Shown in pieces: positions 9,154-17,496 of a stretch of 64,000 bases of DNA; the first letter of the stretch is position 1; every line of letters begins with the position of its first letter. Under the pieces are notes generated by a model that was not told the DNA's origin, ran no database searches, and worked only from the letters and a program-made list of their open reading frames with translations. The DNA is taken from positions 32,001 through 96,000 of IMG/VR virus record IMGVR_UViG_3300021978_000001; one strand, written 5' to 3'. This stretch comes from a virus (taxonomy: Duplodnaviria; Caudoviricetes). A program made the position numbers and the translations under genes.

Positions 9154-9807
9154 TTAGTTCCATTCTCCTGGACCCACCAGGAGGTGGTTGACGTGATCAC
9201 TCCAGAGCATGAGCACCGAGCGCTCTTCGGGGAACACGGATACGAGGACCGTCTCGATCTCAGGGTCGAGGCTGGTCATGACGTGCTGTCCCTTGGGCCA
9301 GGGCAACGTTTCAGAAGGGATGAGAGGGATCACCGCGCGGGTGAAAATCTGAGGGTCGGTGAACGTCGAGAGGTCCACCGAGGTGTCCGCGTAGGAAGCG
9401 ACAAGCGCGGCGTCTGTGTGTCGCAAGGTGGGGATGCAATACGTGTCGTACTGCTGCTCCGAGGGTCTCAACACCATCGAGCGCATGCGCAGCCCTGTGA
9501 CCGCAGACCCCAACAGATCGAGCCTCTTGAGGTAAATGAACGCTTGCTGGTAACGGTGAATGTGCTGATCGAAGAGCGCGAGCCATTGTTCTTCGTCTGC
9601 TTCCTGGTAGGCGGGGATCTGCCCGACCGGAATCTTGACCAGCTCTTTGACCTGTTTGCTGTAACTGGCGCGCATGTCCTCATAAATGGCACGCAAACCA
9701 GGGTTGTCATGGATCAGGGACGGGGGGTTTGACATGAGGTTGGCTCTCCATAACAGGGAGTGAAGTGATGCCTCGTGTGACATCTCGTGCCAAACCTCAG
9801 TTACCAA
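9154..9807 (-). CDS. Hypothetical protein (about 217 aa)
   Basis: Long ORF following the metallophosphoesterase on the same strand; exact start uncertain. Confidence 0.65.
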   Translation of the reverse strand: MVTEVWHEMSHEASLHSLLWRANLMSNPPSLIHDNPGLRAIYEDMRASYSKQVKELVKIPVGQIPAYQEADEEQWLALFDQHIHRYQQAFIYLKRLDLLGSAVTGLRMRSMVLRPSEQQYDTYCIPTLRHTDAALVASYADTSVDLSTFTDPQIFTRAVIPLIPSETLPWPKGQHVMTSLDPEIETVLVSVFPEERSVLMLWSDHVNHLLVGPGEWN

Positions 9808-9828
9808 TGCATTATCTGGGAGGAGACT

Positions 9829-10545
9829 TCAAGGCACCGGATAATCCGGGTCATAGTACCCGAACGCCTTGACCTCGTGAATCTCTTGCTCGGGCCAACG
9901 CATCGCCGTCAAGGTGCCTCCTCTACAGCACGAGGTGTCGAGGCAGACGTGCCTGGGGTAGGGCGTCGGGTCATTCATCCAGTAATGTCCGAAGGCCACA
10001 AACACCCCGTCCTCACCGCCTTCCCAGTTCTCCCACCAGGAGAGCCGCTGTCGTTTGGCGTTCCGCAGCCCATAATAACACTCCTCTGGTGTGTCTCCTG
10101 GGTACGCGTGGACACAAACGAGGTTATGCGCGCGAAACTCGATCTTGTGCGGGAGCGTCTCCAGCAGCGCCTTTCCAATGCGCTCGCGTTCGTCGAGGTC
10201 TTTATAGCGCACGCTCATCTGCCGCGCGGTGATGCCGTACCCATGGACATCCACCTGTACCGGGTTGCCTTTCATCCACCGGAACAACTTGTTGTCATGG
10301 TTACCCATGCACCAGTAGAGGTCCCCGCGTTTCCATCGCGTGTAAACCCAATCAAAGACGTCCGCATTGAAGGGGCCACGGTCGCATAGATCCCCCAGGA
10401 ACACGAGCTTGCGTCCGTCCGGGTGTATGCCTTGACGGTCATATCCCAACAGCTCGACCAAAGACATCAATTCGTTGAAGCAGCCGTGAACATCACCGAT
10501 GATGTCCAGGGGTGTGGTCGTTTCTTCTACTTGTACGCGCATCAT
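9829..10545 (-). CDS. Metallophosphoesterase, PrpE/ApaH/Pnkp-phosphatase-like
   Basis: GDVHGC, VFLGDLCDRGP, MGNHD, CVHA, FGHYW and CLDTSCCRGGTLTA: the full PPP-family motif set. Confidence 0.9.
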   Translation of the reverse strand: MMRVQVEETTTPLDIIGDVHGCFNELMSLVELLGYDRQGIHPDGRKLVFLGDLCDRGPFNADVFDWVYTRWKRGDLYWCMGNHDNKLFRWMKGNPVQVDVHGYGITARQMSVRYKDLDERERIGKALLETLPHKIEFRAHNLVCVHAYPGDTPEECYYGLRNAKRQRLSWWENWEGGEDGVFVAFGHYWMNDPTPYPRHVCLDTSCCRGGTLTAMRWPEQEIHEVKAFGYYDPDYPVP

Positions 10546-10559
10546 TCGTCTCTCTTGAT

Positions 10560-10574
10560 TAATGCTCTTGTAAG
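10560..10574 (+). promoter_or_regulatory. Putative late promoter TAAT-N3-CTTGTAAG
   Basis: TAATGCTCTTGTAAG about 45 nt upstream of a lone plus-strand gene. Confidence 0.55.
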
Positions 10575-10618
10575 AGTGGGGTTATGGTCTGTTCATGCCA
10601 CACTTCCAGGATACTGCA

Positions 10619-11023
10619 ATGATGACCCCAGAGAAAGCACAGAAGCTCGCACAAGCCGTCACAGCACGTTATGCTGCCGCACACCCTCCCGCACGTCAGA
10701 AAGCCGCGAGCGTGGACGTGGTGAAGGAAGGAAGGGCAATCGTGCGCAAGCACCAGGAAATGATGACCAAGGACATCGCGCGTTTGCGTGAAAAGGTCAA
10801 GCGCCATATGGAAAAGCTCGGGCTCAACGTGATGGAAATCACGCTGGAGCCCATGGGACGCGGGAATCATATCGAGGGTTCCGTGACGTTCACGCTCGGG
10901 TCTGATCTCTATGGCCTCGACCGCTTCGAGCTTTCGGATATGCTCTACAAGGAGATCGGCGTCTCCGAGCTTGGGAGCAATCCTCGCGGCGAAGGATACA
11001 TCCTGTATCTCGATTCGCTTTGA
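10619..11023 (+). CDS. Hypothetical protein with N-terminal AQKLAQAVTARY motif (possible virion-internal protein)
   Basis: Isolated plus-strand ORF behind the late-type motif; start reassigned to ATGATG at 10619/10622. Confidence 0.7.
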   Translation: MMTPEKAQKLAQAVTARYAAAHPPARQKAASVDVVKEGRAIVRKHQEMMTKDIARLREKVKRHMEKLGLNVMEITLEPMGRGNHIEGSVTFTLGSDLYGLDRFELSDMLYKEIGVSELGSNPRGEGYILYLDSL

Positions 11024-11061
11024 TGTCTTGTCAGGTCCTCGTATCAGGTCCTCGTTAAGAG

Positions 11062-11256
11062 TCAGAGAAGGATGGCGACCTCTTCGCCATCTTTCCCTAC
11101 CAATCGGATGGTCCCGTCCTCGCGCTGATGTTCGAGGAGGATCTTGTAGATCAGGACCGCCTGTGAGACCAGCGCGCTCATCGACCTCCCAGACTGTTTC
11201 TTCTGGTGCGTGAGGAACGCGCTGACCTTTTCGGATATGCTGAAATTCTTGCGCAT
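11062..11256 (-). CDS. Ribbon-helix-helix (CopG/Arc-like) DNA-binding protein
   Basis: MRKNFSIS (beta ribbon), EKVSAFLTHQKKQSG (helix), RSMSALVSQAV (helix); 64 aa. Confidence 0.65.
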   Translation of the reverse strand: MRKNFSISEKVSAFLTHQKKQSGRSMSALVSQAVLIYKILLEHQREDGTIRLVGKDGEEVAILL

Positions 11257-11258
11257 GT

Positions 11259-11879
11259 TCAGTCCTCGTCAGGAAACTCAGGCTCGAAGGTGACCCACAC
11301 GTTATCTCCGCTGTGACGAAACCATCGTTGTGAGATGACTTCACCCTTGGACGGGATCGACCCCGTGCGTCCGAGGAAGCCGTTTGCGCGGATGAGGAAC
11401 TCATCCTCTCCCTTGGCATCATACGCGGTTGCTTGCGTCTTGTGGCGCCCCACGACCTCGTACACGTTGCGCCGGTACTCCGAAGGGTTCTGCTCCCTCA
11501 ACTTCTCCAGGCGCTCTCCCGTGACCTTCGCGAGCCTCAAGTAGCGCGTCACGCGCGGCTTGACCTTGCTGACGTGAATCGTGCCGTTGCACATCGTCAA
11601 GCGGCGGTTATCCTTCGTCAACACCTCACTGTGGTCATGCGACTTGACCTCATGCGGGACCGCGTAGACCGTCTTCCCGTCGAAATTCCAGGTATGCAGC
11701 GAGGGCTTCGCGTCGGGGTAGTCGTCGAGGTCTGCGTCCCAGGGAACCATCTTCCCGAAGATACCGAGGATGTACTTGCTCGTGTCATAGCCGAGCGCCT
11801 CCAACTCCTCATCGGTGAACTCGCTTCGCGCGAAGCGCACATCAATCGTGCTCTTGGGTCCGTCATAACTGCCCATCAT
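11259..11879 (-). CDS. Hypothetical protein (206 aa)
   Basis: Downstream of the repeated promoter at 11929; RBS AAGGA. Confidence 0.75.
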   Translation of the reverse strand: MMGSYDGPKSTIDVRFARSEFTDEELEALGYDTSKYILGIFGKMVPWDADLDDYPDAKPSLHTWNFDGKTVYAVPHEVKSHDHSEVLTKDNRRLTMCNGTIHVSKVKPRVTRYLRLAKVTGERLEKLREQNPSEYRRNVYEVVGRHKTQATAYDAKGEDEFLIRANGFLGRTGSIPSKGEVISQRWFRHSGDNVWVTFEPEFPDED

Positions 11880-11928
11880 CTTTCCTTGTCTGTGTGTTGC
11901 GTTGTCGTCTTTTCGTCCCGTACACCTC

Positions 11929-11957
11929 TTGTTACCGTAAAGGCGAGCAAGCGTAAA
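11929..11957 (-). promoter_or_regulatory. Repeated early-type promoter with conserved leader
   Basis: TTTACG-N17-TAACAA-GAGGTGTACGG...AAGACGACAAC. Confidence 0.75.
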
Positions 11958-11960
11958 GCC

Positions 11961-12308
11961 TTAGTGGTTGTGGACCTCTCCGATGTCACCACCCTGCGTG
12001 TTGACGTTGTACGTGTTCTGCGTGGCAGGGCGGTCTCCTCGCAGTTCAGCGCAGCGGCGCTTCGCACCGTCTCGTGTGCGGAAGGTCTCTTCGACCGTCC
12101 AATAGGACTCCCCTTCGGACCCGAAGTTTAGCTCCTGAATCCTGTAATCCTCTGCGCCGGGCCGCTCTCCCTTGCTCTGGAGGCGATACCCGTGACCGCA
12201 CGTTTCGATGATGTAGCGTCCTGCGAGGTGGTTCTGGTACGTCCGGTATCCCACAAACCCGAGGATGAGGACGACAAGAACGAGTGCTGCGATTTTCTGA
12301 CCTTCCAT
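11961..12308 (-). CDS. Membrane-anchored protein with two conserved Cys (paralogue of 12338-12712)
   Basis: TM segment IAALVLVVLILGFVGY, then CGHGYR...IQE...W...GAKRRCAEL; start reassigned from 12554 to 12308. Confidence 0.7.
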   Translation of the reverse strand: MEGQKIAALVLVVLILGFVGYRTYQNHLAGRYIIETCGHGYRLQSKGERPGAEDYRIQELNFGSEGESYWTVEETFRTRDGAKRRCAELRGDRPATQNTYNVNTQGGDIGEVHNH

Positions 12309-12337
12309 GATGTTCTTCTCTCTTGTGTGCGTGGTTT

Positions 12338-12712
12338 TCAGTTGTCGAGGCGCTCGCACATATCGAGCGCTTCCTTCTCCGTGTTGAGGATGGCGAACTG
12401 GTTCCACGATGTCCCCCCTTCCCCGTATCCGTCGTGTTCGTGGTAGCTCTCCGTCTTCTCCTGAATCAGCCACCCCCTGGCCTTCTCGCCCTCTCCAGGC
12501 GACCAGATGCGGTAGTTCTCGCCACAGTGCGTGACGAACTCTCGCCCCTTCCACTGCTTATCGAGCTGGCAGCAGGCGAAGATCCCTGCAAGAATGATAG
12601 GAACCGCCAGCATGTATACCGGAGAGATCTTCGTGTACCAGGGCATCGCCGCGCGAGCGCGCCTCTGCTCGTATTTGTTGAGGTACTCCAGGGCTTCACG
12701 TTCGTTCATCAC
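12338..12712 (-). CDS. Membrane-anchored protein with two conserved Cys (paralogue of 11961-12308)
   Basis: TM segment VYMLAVPIILAGIFACC, then CGENYR...IQE...W...EALDMCERL; RBS GAGGA. Confidence 0.7.
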   Translation of the reverse strand: MMNEREALEYLNKYEQRRARAAMPWYTKISPVYMLAVPIILAGIFACCQLDKQWKGREFVTHCGENYRIWSPGEGEKARGWLIQEKTESYHEHDGYGEGGTSWNQFAILNTEKEALDMCERLDN

Positions 12713-12729
12713 TTCCTCTTCATGTAAAC

Positions 12730-12752
12730 GAGGGGGGCATACAACCCCCCTC
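12730..12752 (-). terminator. Hairpin, probable terminator
   Basis: GAGGGGGG-7 nt loop-CCCCCCTC just downstream of the 12784 stop; short U tract. Confidence 0.5.
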
Positions 12753-12783
12753 TCGGTGTGAGCCGTCCACGCGGCCCGTAATC

Positions 12784-13404
12784 TCAGGCGACCAGGAACA
12801 TGCCTTGTGGACCGTGACCGAGGCTCCCGGGGTAGGATGCCTTGAGCGCCTCCCAGACCGCTTGCTTGGCCTTGGTGGGCACCGTCCAGACCTTGTTATC
12901 CCCATCCCACTTGCGTCCCTGGATGTTGCGGACAGCCGCCACGAACGCTTCGTTGTAGGGGGTGGTCAGGGCGAGGCGCTTGTCCTCGGTGACCTCGATG
13001 ATGACCTCTGCGAGCTTCTTGCCGATTTTCCCAGCAAGCAGCGTGTATCCCATCAAGGTCAACGCTTCCACCGCAATCATCGCGTCCTCTCGGTTCGTGT
13101 TCTGCTTGCGCCACACCGCCAGGGCGATGTTCAGGGTGCGTGCTGCCATGCGGCTGTCATCCTTGACGACGTATTCCATCGTCTCGTCTGCCACGTTCGT
13201 GGCGCCCATGCCCTGGAGAAGCGTCAGGAGCTTCTGAGAGGTTGCCGTGTCGATGGGGTAGGCATCCTCGTAGTTGTACTTCTTACGGCACACAGGGCCG
13301 ATGCCGAACTCCACCGAGGTGGGGTCTTCGAGAGGACGCGAGCAGCAGGAGCAGTGGGTTGGGTTGAGCTTGTAGCGGATTCCAGTGCGGTTTTGCGTCG
13401 TCAT
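12784..13404 (-). CDS. DUF6011-like Zn-finger plus HARP-like domain protein
   Basis: CSCCSRPLEDPTSVEFGIGPVC (DUF6011-type) and FVAAVRNIQGRKWDGDNKVWTVP (HARP-type); start reassigned to 13404. Confidence 0.7.
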   Translation of the reverse strand: MTTQNRTGIRYKLNPTHCSCCSRPLEDPTSVEFGIGPVCRKKYNYEDAYPIDTATSQKLLTLLQGMGATNVADETMEYVVKDDSRMAARTLNIALAVWRKQNTNREDAMIAVEALTLMGYTLLAGKIGKKLAEVIIEVTEDKRLALTTPYNEAFVAAVRNIQGRKWDGDNKVWTVPTKAKQAVWEALKASYPGSLGHGPQGMFLVA

Positions 13405-13461
13405 GGTAAGTACCTCTTTTATGCGTTCCGTTTCGTTGTCGTCTTTCGTTCCGTACACCTC

Positions 13462-13490
13462 TTGTTACCATAAGGTGCATGGGGCGTAAA
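13462..13490 (-). promoter_or_regulatory. Repeated early-type promoter with conserved leader
   Basis: TTTACG-N17-TAACAA-GAGGTGTACGGAACGAAAGACGACAAC. Confidence 0.75.
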
Positions 13491-13561
13491 ACGAATCTCA
13501 CGAAAAAGTGTGGTTTTTTGTGTATAACCCCGGATGAAGCGCCTACCATGCGGCTTCTAGC

Positions 13562-13924
13562 TTACCCTCCCGAGCGAAAGCTACGCGCGAGGATGCGCTG
13601 TTCTTTCTCCGCACTGGCGGTCCCTCGGATGTACGACAACTCGCCAGTCAAGAAAACCTGGTACCTGGACCACCCCCCGTCGCCGTAGAGCAACGCCACG
13701 ACCTCATCCTTGTATGGAGTCAGGTCTTCCTCTCCCGCCGCTCTGAGGCTCTCCTGGAGCTTCCTGACATGTGCCCGGAGCCCCATCAAGTTCGAGGTTT
13801 GGGGGAGCGCATCTTCAGCAAGCCCCTTGAGGGGGATCTCTGCGCTTTTGCGCCAGGATGACCCCTCGATGGCTTCGAGAACCTCGAAGATGTCCTCATC
13901 AAAAATAGAAATAGAACGGGTCAC
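13562..13924 (-). CDS. Hypothetical protein (120 aa)
   Basis: GTG start overlapping the upstream TGA (GTGA), RBS AGAGGAGG. Confidence 0.65.
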   Translation of the reverse strand: MTRSISIFDEDIFEVLEAIEGSSWRKSAEIPLKGLAEDALPQTSNLMGLRAHVRKLQESLRAAGEEDLTPYKDEVVALLYGDGGWSRYQVFLTGELSYIRGTASAEKEQRILARSFRSGG

Positions 13925-14151
13925 GGGTCCTCCTCTAGCGACTGTTCGTACCCCTTGATCAGCTCCCCGCACCCCTCACAGTGGTCGTGTCGGTGCCAGT
14001 TGATCTGCGGGCGCGGGTTGGTGCCCTCCTCTTCATGCTCTTCGCGTGCGCAATCCGCGCACAGGACCGTGCATTCTTTCCCGAGCACGTAGAGCAGGGG
14101 GTACCCGCCAAAGGGCGAGTACGCGTAGAATCGAGTGTCTGGGGTAGTCAT
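13921..14151 (-). CDS. Small Zn-binding protein (CxxC...CxxC), 76 aa
   Basis: LCADCA and HCEGCG; ATGA overlap with the upstream gene. Confidence 0.65.
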   Translation of the reverse strand: MTTPDTRFYAYSPFGGYPLLYVLGKECTVLCADCAREEHEEEGTNPRPQINWHRHDHCEGCGELIKGYEQSLEEDP

Positions 14152-14510
14152 GGTCTTGCCTTGTATCCTTTTCTGACGGTGGTCCACATGGCCTGGGCCT
14201 TGGCGCGTTCGAGCACGACCGCGCTTCGGATCTGCCCCCTGGCATCGAGCTTGCGAAGCTCCACGAGGTCTCCGCGCGCCTCGAACTCGATGACGGGGAA
14301 CTTGCTGCCTTCGTTCTTGGCGTACACCTTGTAGGTCTCGCCTGCGGGGAGGTCGAGGTAGGCGTTACGCATAAGCTCTTCCTTGCGGATCTCCTCGATC
14401 GCCGCGCGCATCTCTTCGCGGTCCACTCTCCCCATGGGGAAGGAATCTTCCTTGAGTCCTTTCTCGTAGCCATCAAGGATCGCTTTGATTTTCTCGATTG
14501 CCGTTGTCAT
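14148..14510 (-). CDS. Hypothetical protein (120 aa)
   Basis: RBS AGGAG; first gene after the repeated promoter at 14550. Confidence 0.7.
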   Translation of the reverse strand: MTTAIEKIKAILDGYEKGLKEDSFPMGRVDREEMRAAIEEIRKEELMRNAYLDLPAGETYKVYAKNEGSKFPVIEFEARGDLVELRKLDARGQIRSAVVLERAKAQAMWTTVRKGYKARP

Positions 14511-14549
14511 GGTGTCTCCTCGTATCCTGTTGTCGTCATCGTACACCTC

Positions 14550-14579
14550 TTGTTACCACAAGTAACAGGGGGGCGTAAA
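14550..14579 (-). promoter_or_regulatory. Repeated early-type promoter with conserved leader
   Basis: TTTACG-N18-TAACAA-GAGGTGTACG; TTTCT-N3-AGAAA palindrome at 14583-14595. Confidence 0.7.
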
Positions 14580-14601
14580 AACTTTCTCACAGAAAAAGCA
14601 C

Positions 14602-14634
14602 AAAAATAGCCCGGCAACCAGAAAGGCGCCGGGC
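14602..14634 (-). terminator. Rho-independent terminator
   Basis: Minus strand GCCCGGC...GCCGGGC followed by TATTTTT, downstream of the 14657 stop. Confidence 0.65.
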
Positions 14635-14656
14635 CAAAGCCATCATTGTGGTGTGA

Positions 14657-15157
14657 TCAGAAGGGGACGTCGCTCGCGATGCGAATGCTCTTGAGCTTGA
14701 GCAGTTCCTTGGCGGCGTTGTTGAAGACCACGCGGTATCCCTGGCCGGTGCGCCCGCGCACAGGGTCGAGTTTGACTTCGACCTCGTAAGCCAAACTGTG
14801 TTGGCGGTACAGCTCGTCCGTCTCAGCTTCGGTGAGGCCATAGAACTGCCCCTCATCCTCGATGACAAACGAGGTCCCGATGCTCACTGCGAGGCGACGC
14901 TCCCAGTTTTCGCGCGCCTTGGGGTCGAGGGTACCCTTGACAAAGACCTTCCCCTTGCTGCGCATGAGTTTCCATGCTGCGTCTACGAACGGGGCCGAAG
15001 AGGTGTAGCCATACTTCTGCTTGATCGCTTCCACGTCCACGTAGCCCTGTCGCACGCCCTCGTCTATGCGATTGGCCGTGCGGCGTGGCTTGCCCGAGGA
15101 AGGATCTAGTGAAAGGGCTCGCGAGGCCACCTGTCGGGCCAACTTCTGTGCGTCCAT
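14657..15157 (-). CDS. Hypothetical protein with N-terminal AQKLARQVASR motif
   Basis: Start reassigned from 15217 to MDAQKLARQVASR at 15157 (AGGAG RBS). Confidence 0.7.
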   Translation of the reverse strand: MDAQKLARQVASRALSLDPSSGKPRRTANRIDEGVRQGYVDVEAIKQKYGYTSSAPFVDAAWKLMRSKGKVFVKGTLDPKARENWERRLAVSIGTSFVIEDEGQFYGLTEAETDELYRQHSLAYEVEVKLDPVRGRTGQGYRVVFNNAAKELLKLKSIRIASDVPF

Positions 15158-15227
15158 GGGGGTGCTCCTGGGTCTTTCATTGGAAAAGAGATACCTCACA
15201 CATATCTCCCATACCATGAAAGGATTA

Positions 15228-15446
15228 TTACTTCTCCCGGAAGGTGATGCGCCCGCGCGTGAGGTCGTAGGGAGACAGCTCGACGGTCACGGTGTCCCCC
15301 ACGAGGACACGGATGTTGAACTTGCGCATCTTGCCTGAGATGTGAGAAAGCACCTCATGTCCATTCTCCAGGCGTACCTTGAACATCGCGTTTGGCAACG
15401 CGTCGATCACGGTACCATCCATTTCCACTGCTTCTTCTTTCGCCAT
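15228..15446 (-). CDS. infA: Translation initiation factor IF-1
   Basis: [72 protein letters not shown] is a canonical full-length IF-1. Confidence 0.97.
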   Translation of the reverse strand: MAKEEAVEMDGTVIDALPNAMFKVRLENGHEVLSHISGKMRKFNIRVLVGDTVTVELSPYDLTRGRITFREK

Positions 15447-15560
15447 GATCTCTTCCTTGGTCGAGTTGAATCGGTGATTCGATTTTTTTATGTCCGTACT
15501 CAGGGTCTTTTATAGATGCTATCCGCTCTCGCAGCCTTGAATCGGACCCCAGGGGCCGAC

Positions 15561-15590
15561 AACGTAGCACATCGAGAGAAGTAGCGTCAA
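15561..15590 (-). promoter_or_regulatory. Sigma70-like promoter for infA
   Basis: TTGACG-N18 (ending TGTGC)-TACGTT, about 115 nt upstream of the infA start. Confidence 0.5.
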
Positions 15591-15637
15591 GTCACGTGAA
15601 TTATTCTTTTGGTAGCCTGGGTGATTGCCAGTACCGC

Positions 15638-16366
15638 TCAAGGAGTCGGGACCGCGATATACGGGATGTCTGGCAGTGCGTCTTCGAGCTTGTCCAGAGC
15701 CACAGCGGGGAGCATCGTGATCGAGATGAGAAATTCACCGACCACCTGGACCCCGAGCACACCGTATGTTGCAGCCCATGCCTTGACGTCATCCAGCAAA
15801 CGAGCGTCACATTGCAAGAGCACATCACAGTGAGTCACGCCCTCTCGCAACGCAGGGCTCAAGGCACCCATCGTGGGACCTTCGAGCACGTGAGACATGT
15901 CGTGCAGCTCACCCCAGACCAGGGTCGCTTTCCAGTCGGGCCAGTAACGCTCTTTCCAAGCCTCCACAGCTTTCACCACTTCGACCTCATCGAGAAGACG
16001 CGGCCATTGAATGGTCGGGTTCTGGAAGGGATCTCCCAGGTGCTTCATGGGGACCCCGAGGTCGAGCCCCGAAGGCTCGCCAAACTCGAACGCCATCGCG
16101 TCTTGCTCGCGCGCGTACTGTTTCGTGATCAGCGTCATCAGGTACACCTGGCGTCGTCGCTCCGGGGTCACGATCTCGATCTGCACATCACAGTAATGAC
16201 GATCACCTGCCTGGGCGTCCAGCGAAAACACATGCACGACCTGACCCGGTTCCATCATGAACCATTGCTTCATGCCCCTGGCCAACACGCAAGGATCATC
16301 GCTCGCCCACTTCTTCCAGGTATGCATGGATCGGAAGGGTATCGCTACAAGTTCACCGCTCATCAT
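15638..16366 (-). CDS. Hypothetical protein (242 aa)
   Basis: Long ORF divergent from phoH. Confidence 0.65.
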   Translation of the reverse strand: MMSGELVAIPFRSMHTWKKWASDDPCVLARGMKQWFMMEPGQVVHVFSLDAQAGDRHYCDVQIEIVTPERRRQVYLMTLITKQYAREQDAMAFEFGEPSGLDLGVPMKHLGDPFQNPTIQWPRLLDEVEVVKAVEAWKERYWPDWKATLVWGELHDMSHVLEGPTMGALSPALREGVTHCDVLLQCDARLLDDVKAWAATYGVLGVQVVGEFLISITMLPAVALDKLEDALPDIPYIAVPTP

Positions 16367-16490
16367 GTTCTCTCATCAAAGGAGTCTCATCACCTGACCT
16401 CATAGACTACGGCAGTATCAATAACGTATCGACCGAATCCCCTATAAAGCGATCTCTCTTTGTGAGAGGTCCCAATGCACGAGACATGCT

Positions 16491-17396
16491 GTGATTTATA
16501 ATGACGTGACCCCCTATCCTGCCCTTGGAAAGAGCCTGCGCATCCTTGAGGTAGACCCCCGCATGTTGGATCAGATTTATGAAACCCACGAAGTCGAGAT
16601 CCCGGCGCTCCTCCCGGAAGGTCTCGACCTCTGGCCGAACCAGGCTGTCGTTCTACGTTCCCACAAGCGCTCCGCGCTCGGGCTCGTGACGCCAGAAGGG
16701 GATAAGATCACACGCGTCAACGAGGACCTCTCCTTCTTCAAGGTCAAGGGCATCAACAAGGAACAACAGGGCCTCCTCAACCTCCTCCACAACCCTCGCA
16801 CGCGCCTCGTGGTGATCACGGGTCCTGCGGGGACAGGGAAGAGCCTCGTGGTGAGCGCGTGGGCCTTGCACATGCTCCTGGAGGTCAAGCAATGGTCCAA
16901 GCTCATGCTCGCCAAGCCTCTGGAGATCACGACCGGCACGAAGTATTGGGGAACGGTCCCTGGTGATGCAGGCGACAAGTTCGCGCCGTTCCTGCGCTCC
17001 TATGAGATGACCTTCGAGAACCTCGTGGGGCGTCACGGACTCCAGTACCTCCAGGCAGCCAAGGGTCGCGGTGCGATCGAGTTCTTCCCCCTGGAGCTTA
17101 TGCGCGGTGTCTCGATCCGTGATTCGATCGTGTGGTACGATGAGGTCCAGAACCTCAACGCGCACGAGATGCAAACGCTCGGTTCGCGTATCGACGATGT
17201 GGGTGAGACCAAGCTCATCATCTCGGGCGACATCAAGCAACGCGACAAGCGCATCGACATCCAAGAGACCGGCTTGCGCAAACTGGTCATGTCGCCCGCG
17301 TTCCTCAAGTCTCCCTTGACCGCGCACGTGCATCTCACGCGCATCGAACGTGGTGAGGTCGCGCAGCTCTTCCACGACGTCTTCGACGGGGAGTGA
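16491..17396 (+). CDS. phoH: PhoH-family ATPase
   Basis: KGINKEQ, ITGPAGTGKS, FPLELMRGVSI, YDEVQN, KLIISGDIKQRD, RIERGEVA. Confidence 0.92.
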   Translation: MIYNDVTPYPALGKSLRILEVDPRMLDQIYETHEVEIPALLPEGLDLWPNQAVVLRSHKRSALGLVTPEGDKITRVNEDLSFFKVKGINKEQQGLLNLLHNPRTRLVVITGPAGTGKSLVVSAWALHMLLEVKQWSKLMLAKPLEITTGTKYWGTVPGDAGDKFAPFLRSYEMTFENLVGRHGLQYLQAAKGRGAIEFFPLELMRGVSIRDSIVWYDEVQNLNAHEMQTLGSRIDDVGETKLIISGDIKQRDKRIDIQETGLRKLVMSPAFLKSPLTAHVHLTRIERGEVAQLFHDVFDGE

Positions 17397-17415
17397 TCTT
17401 TTCTCGAAGAAAGTT

Positions 17416-17444
17416 TTTACGGTGAGGTAGGCTTGTGGTATCAG
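17416..17444 (+). promoter_or_regulatory. Repeated early-type promoter with conserved leader
   Basis: TTTACG-N17 (ending TTGTGG)-TATCAG-TAAGTGTACGG...AAGACAACAAC; palindrome TTTCT-CGA-AGAAA at 17400-17412. Confidence 0.75.
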
Positions 17445-17496
17445 TAAGTGTACGGCAAAGACAACAACACTTCACTGAACGATAAGGACGGACACC

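Noticed and set aside
16407-16589. 60-aa minus-strand ORF overlapping the phoH start
   Set aside because: Antisense overlap with phoH, no RBS, no motif.
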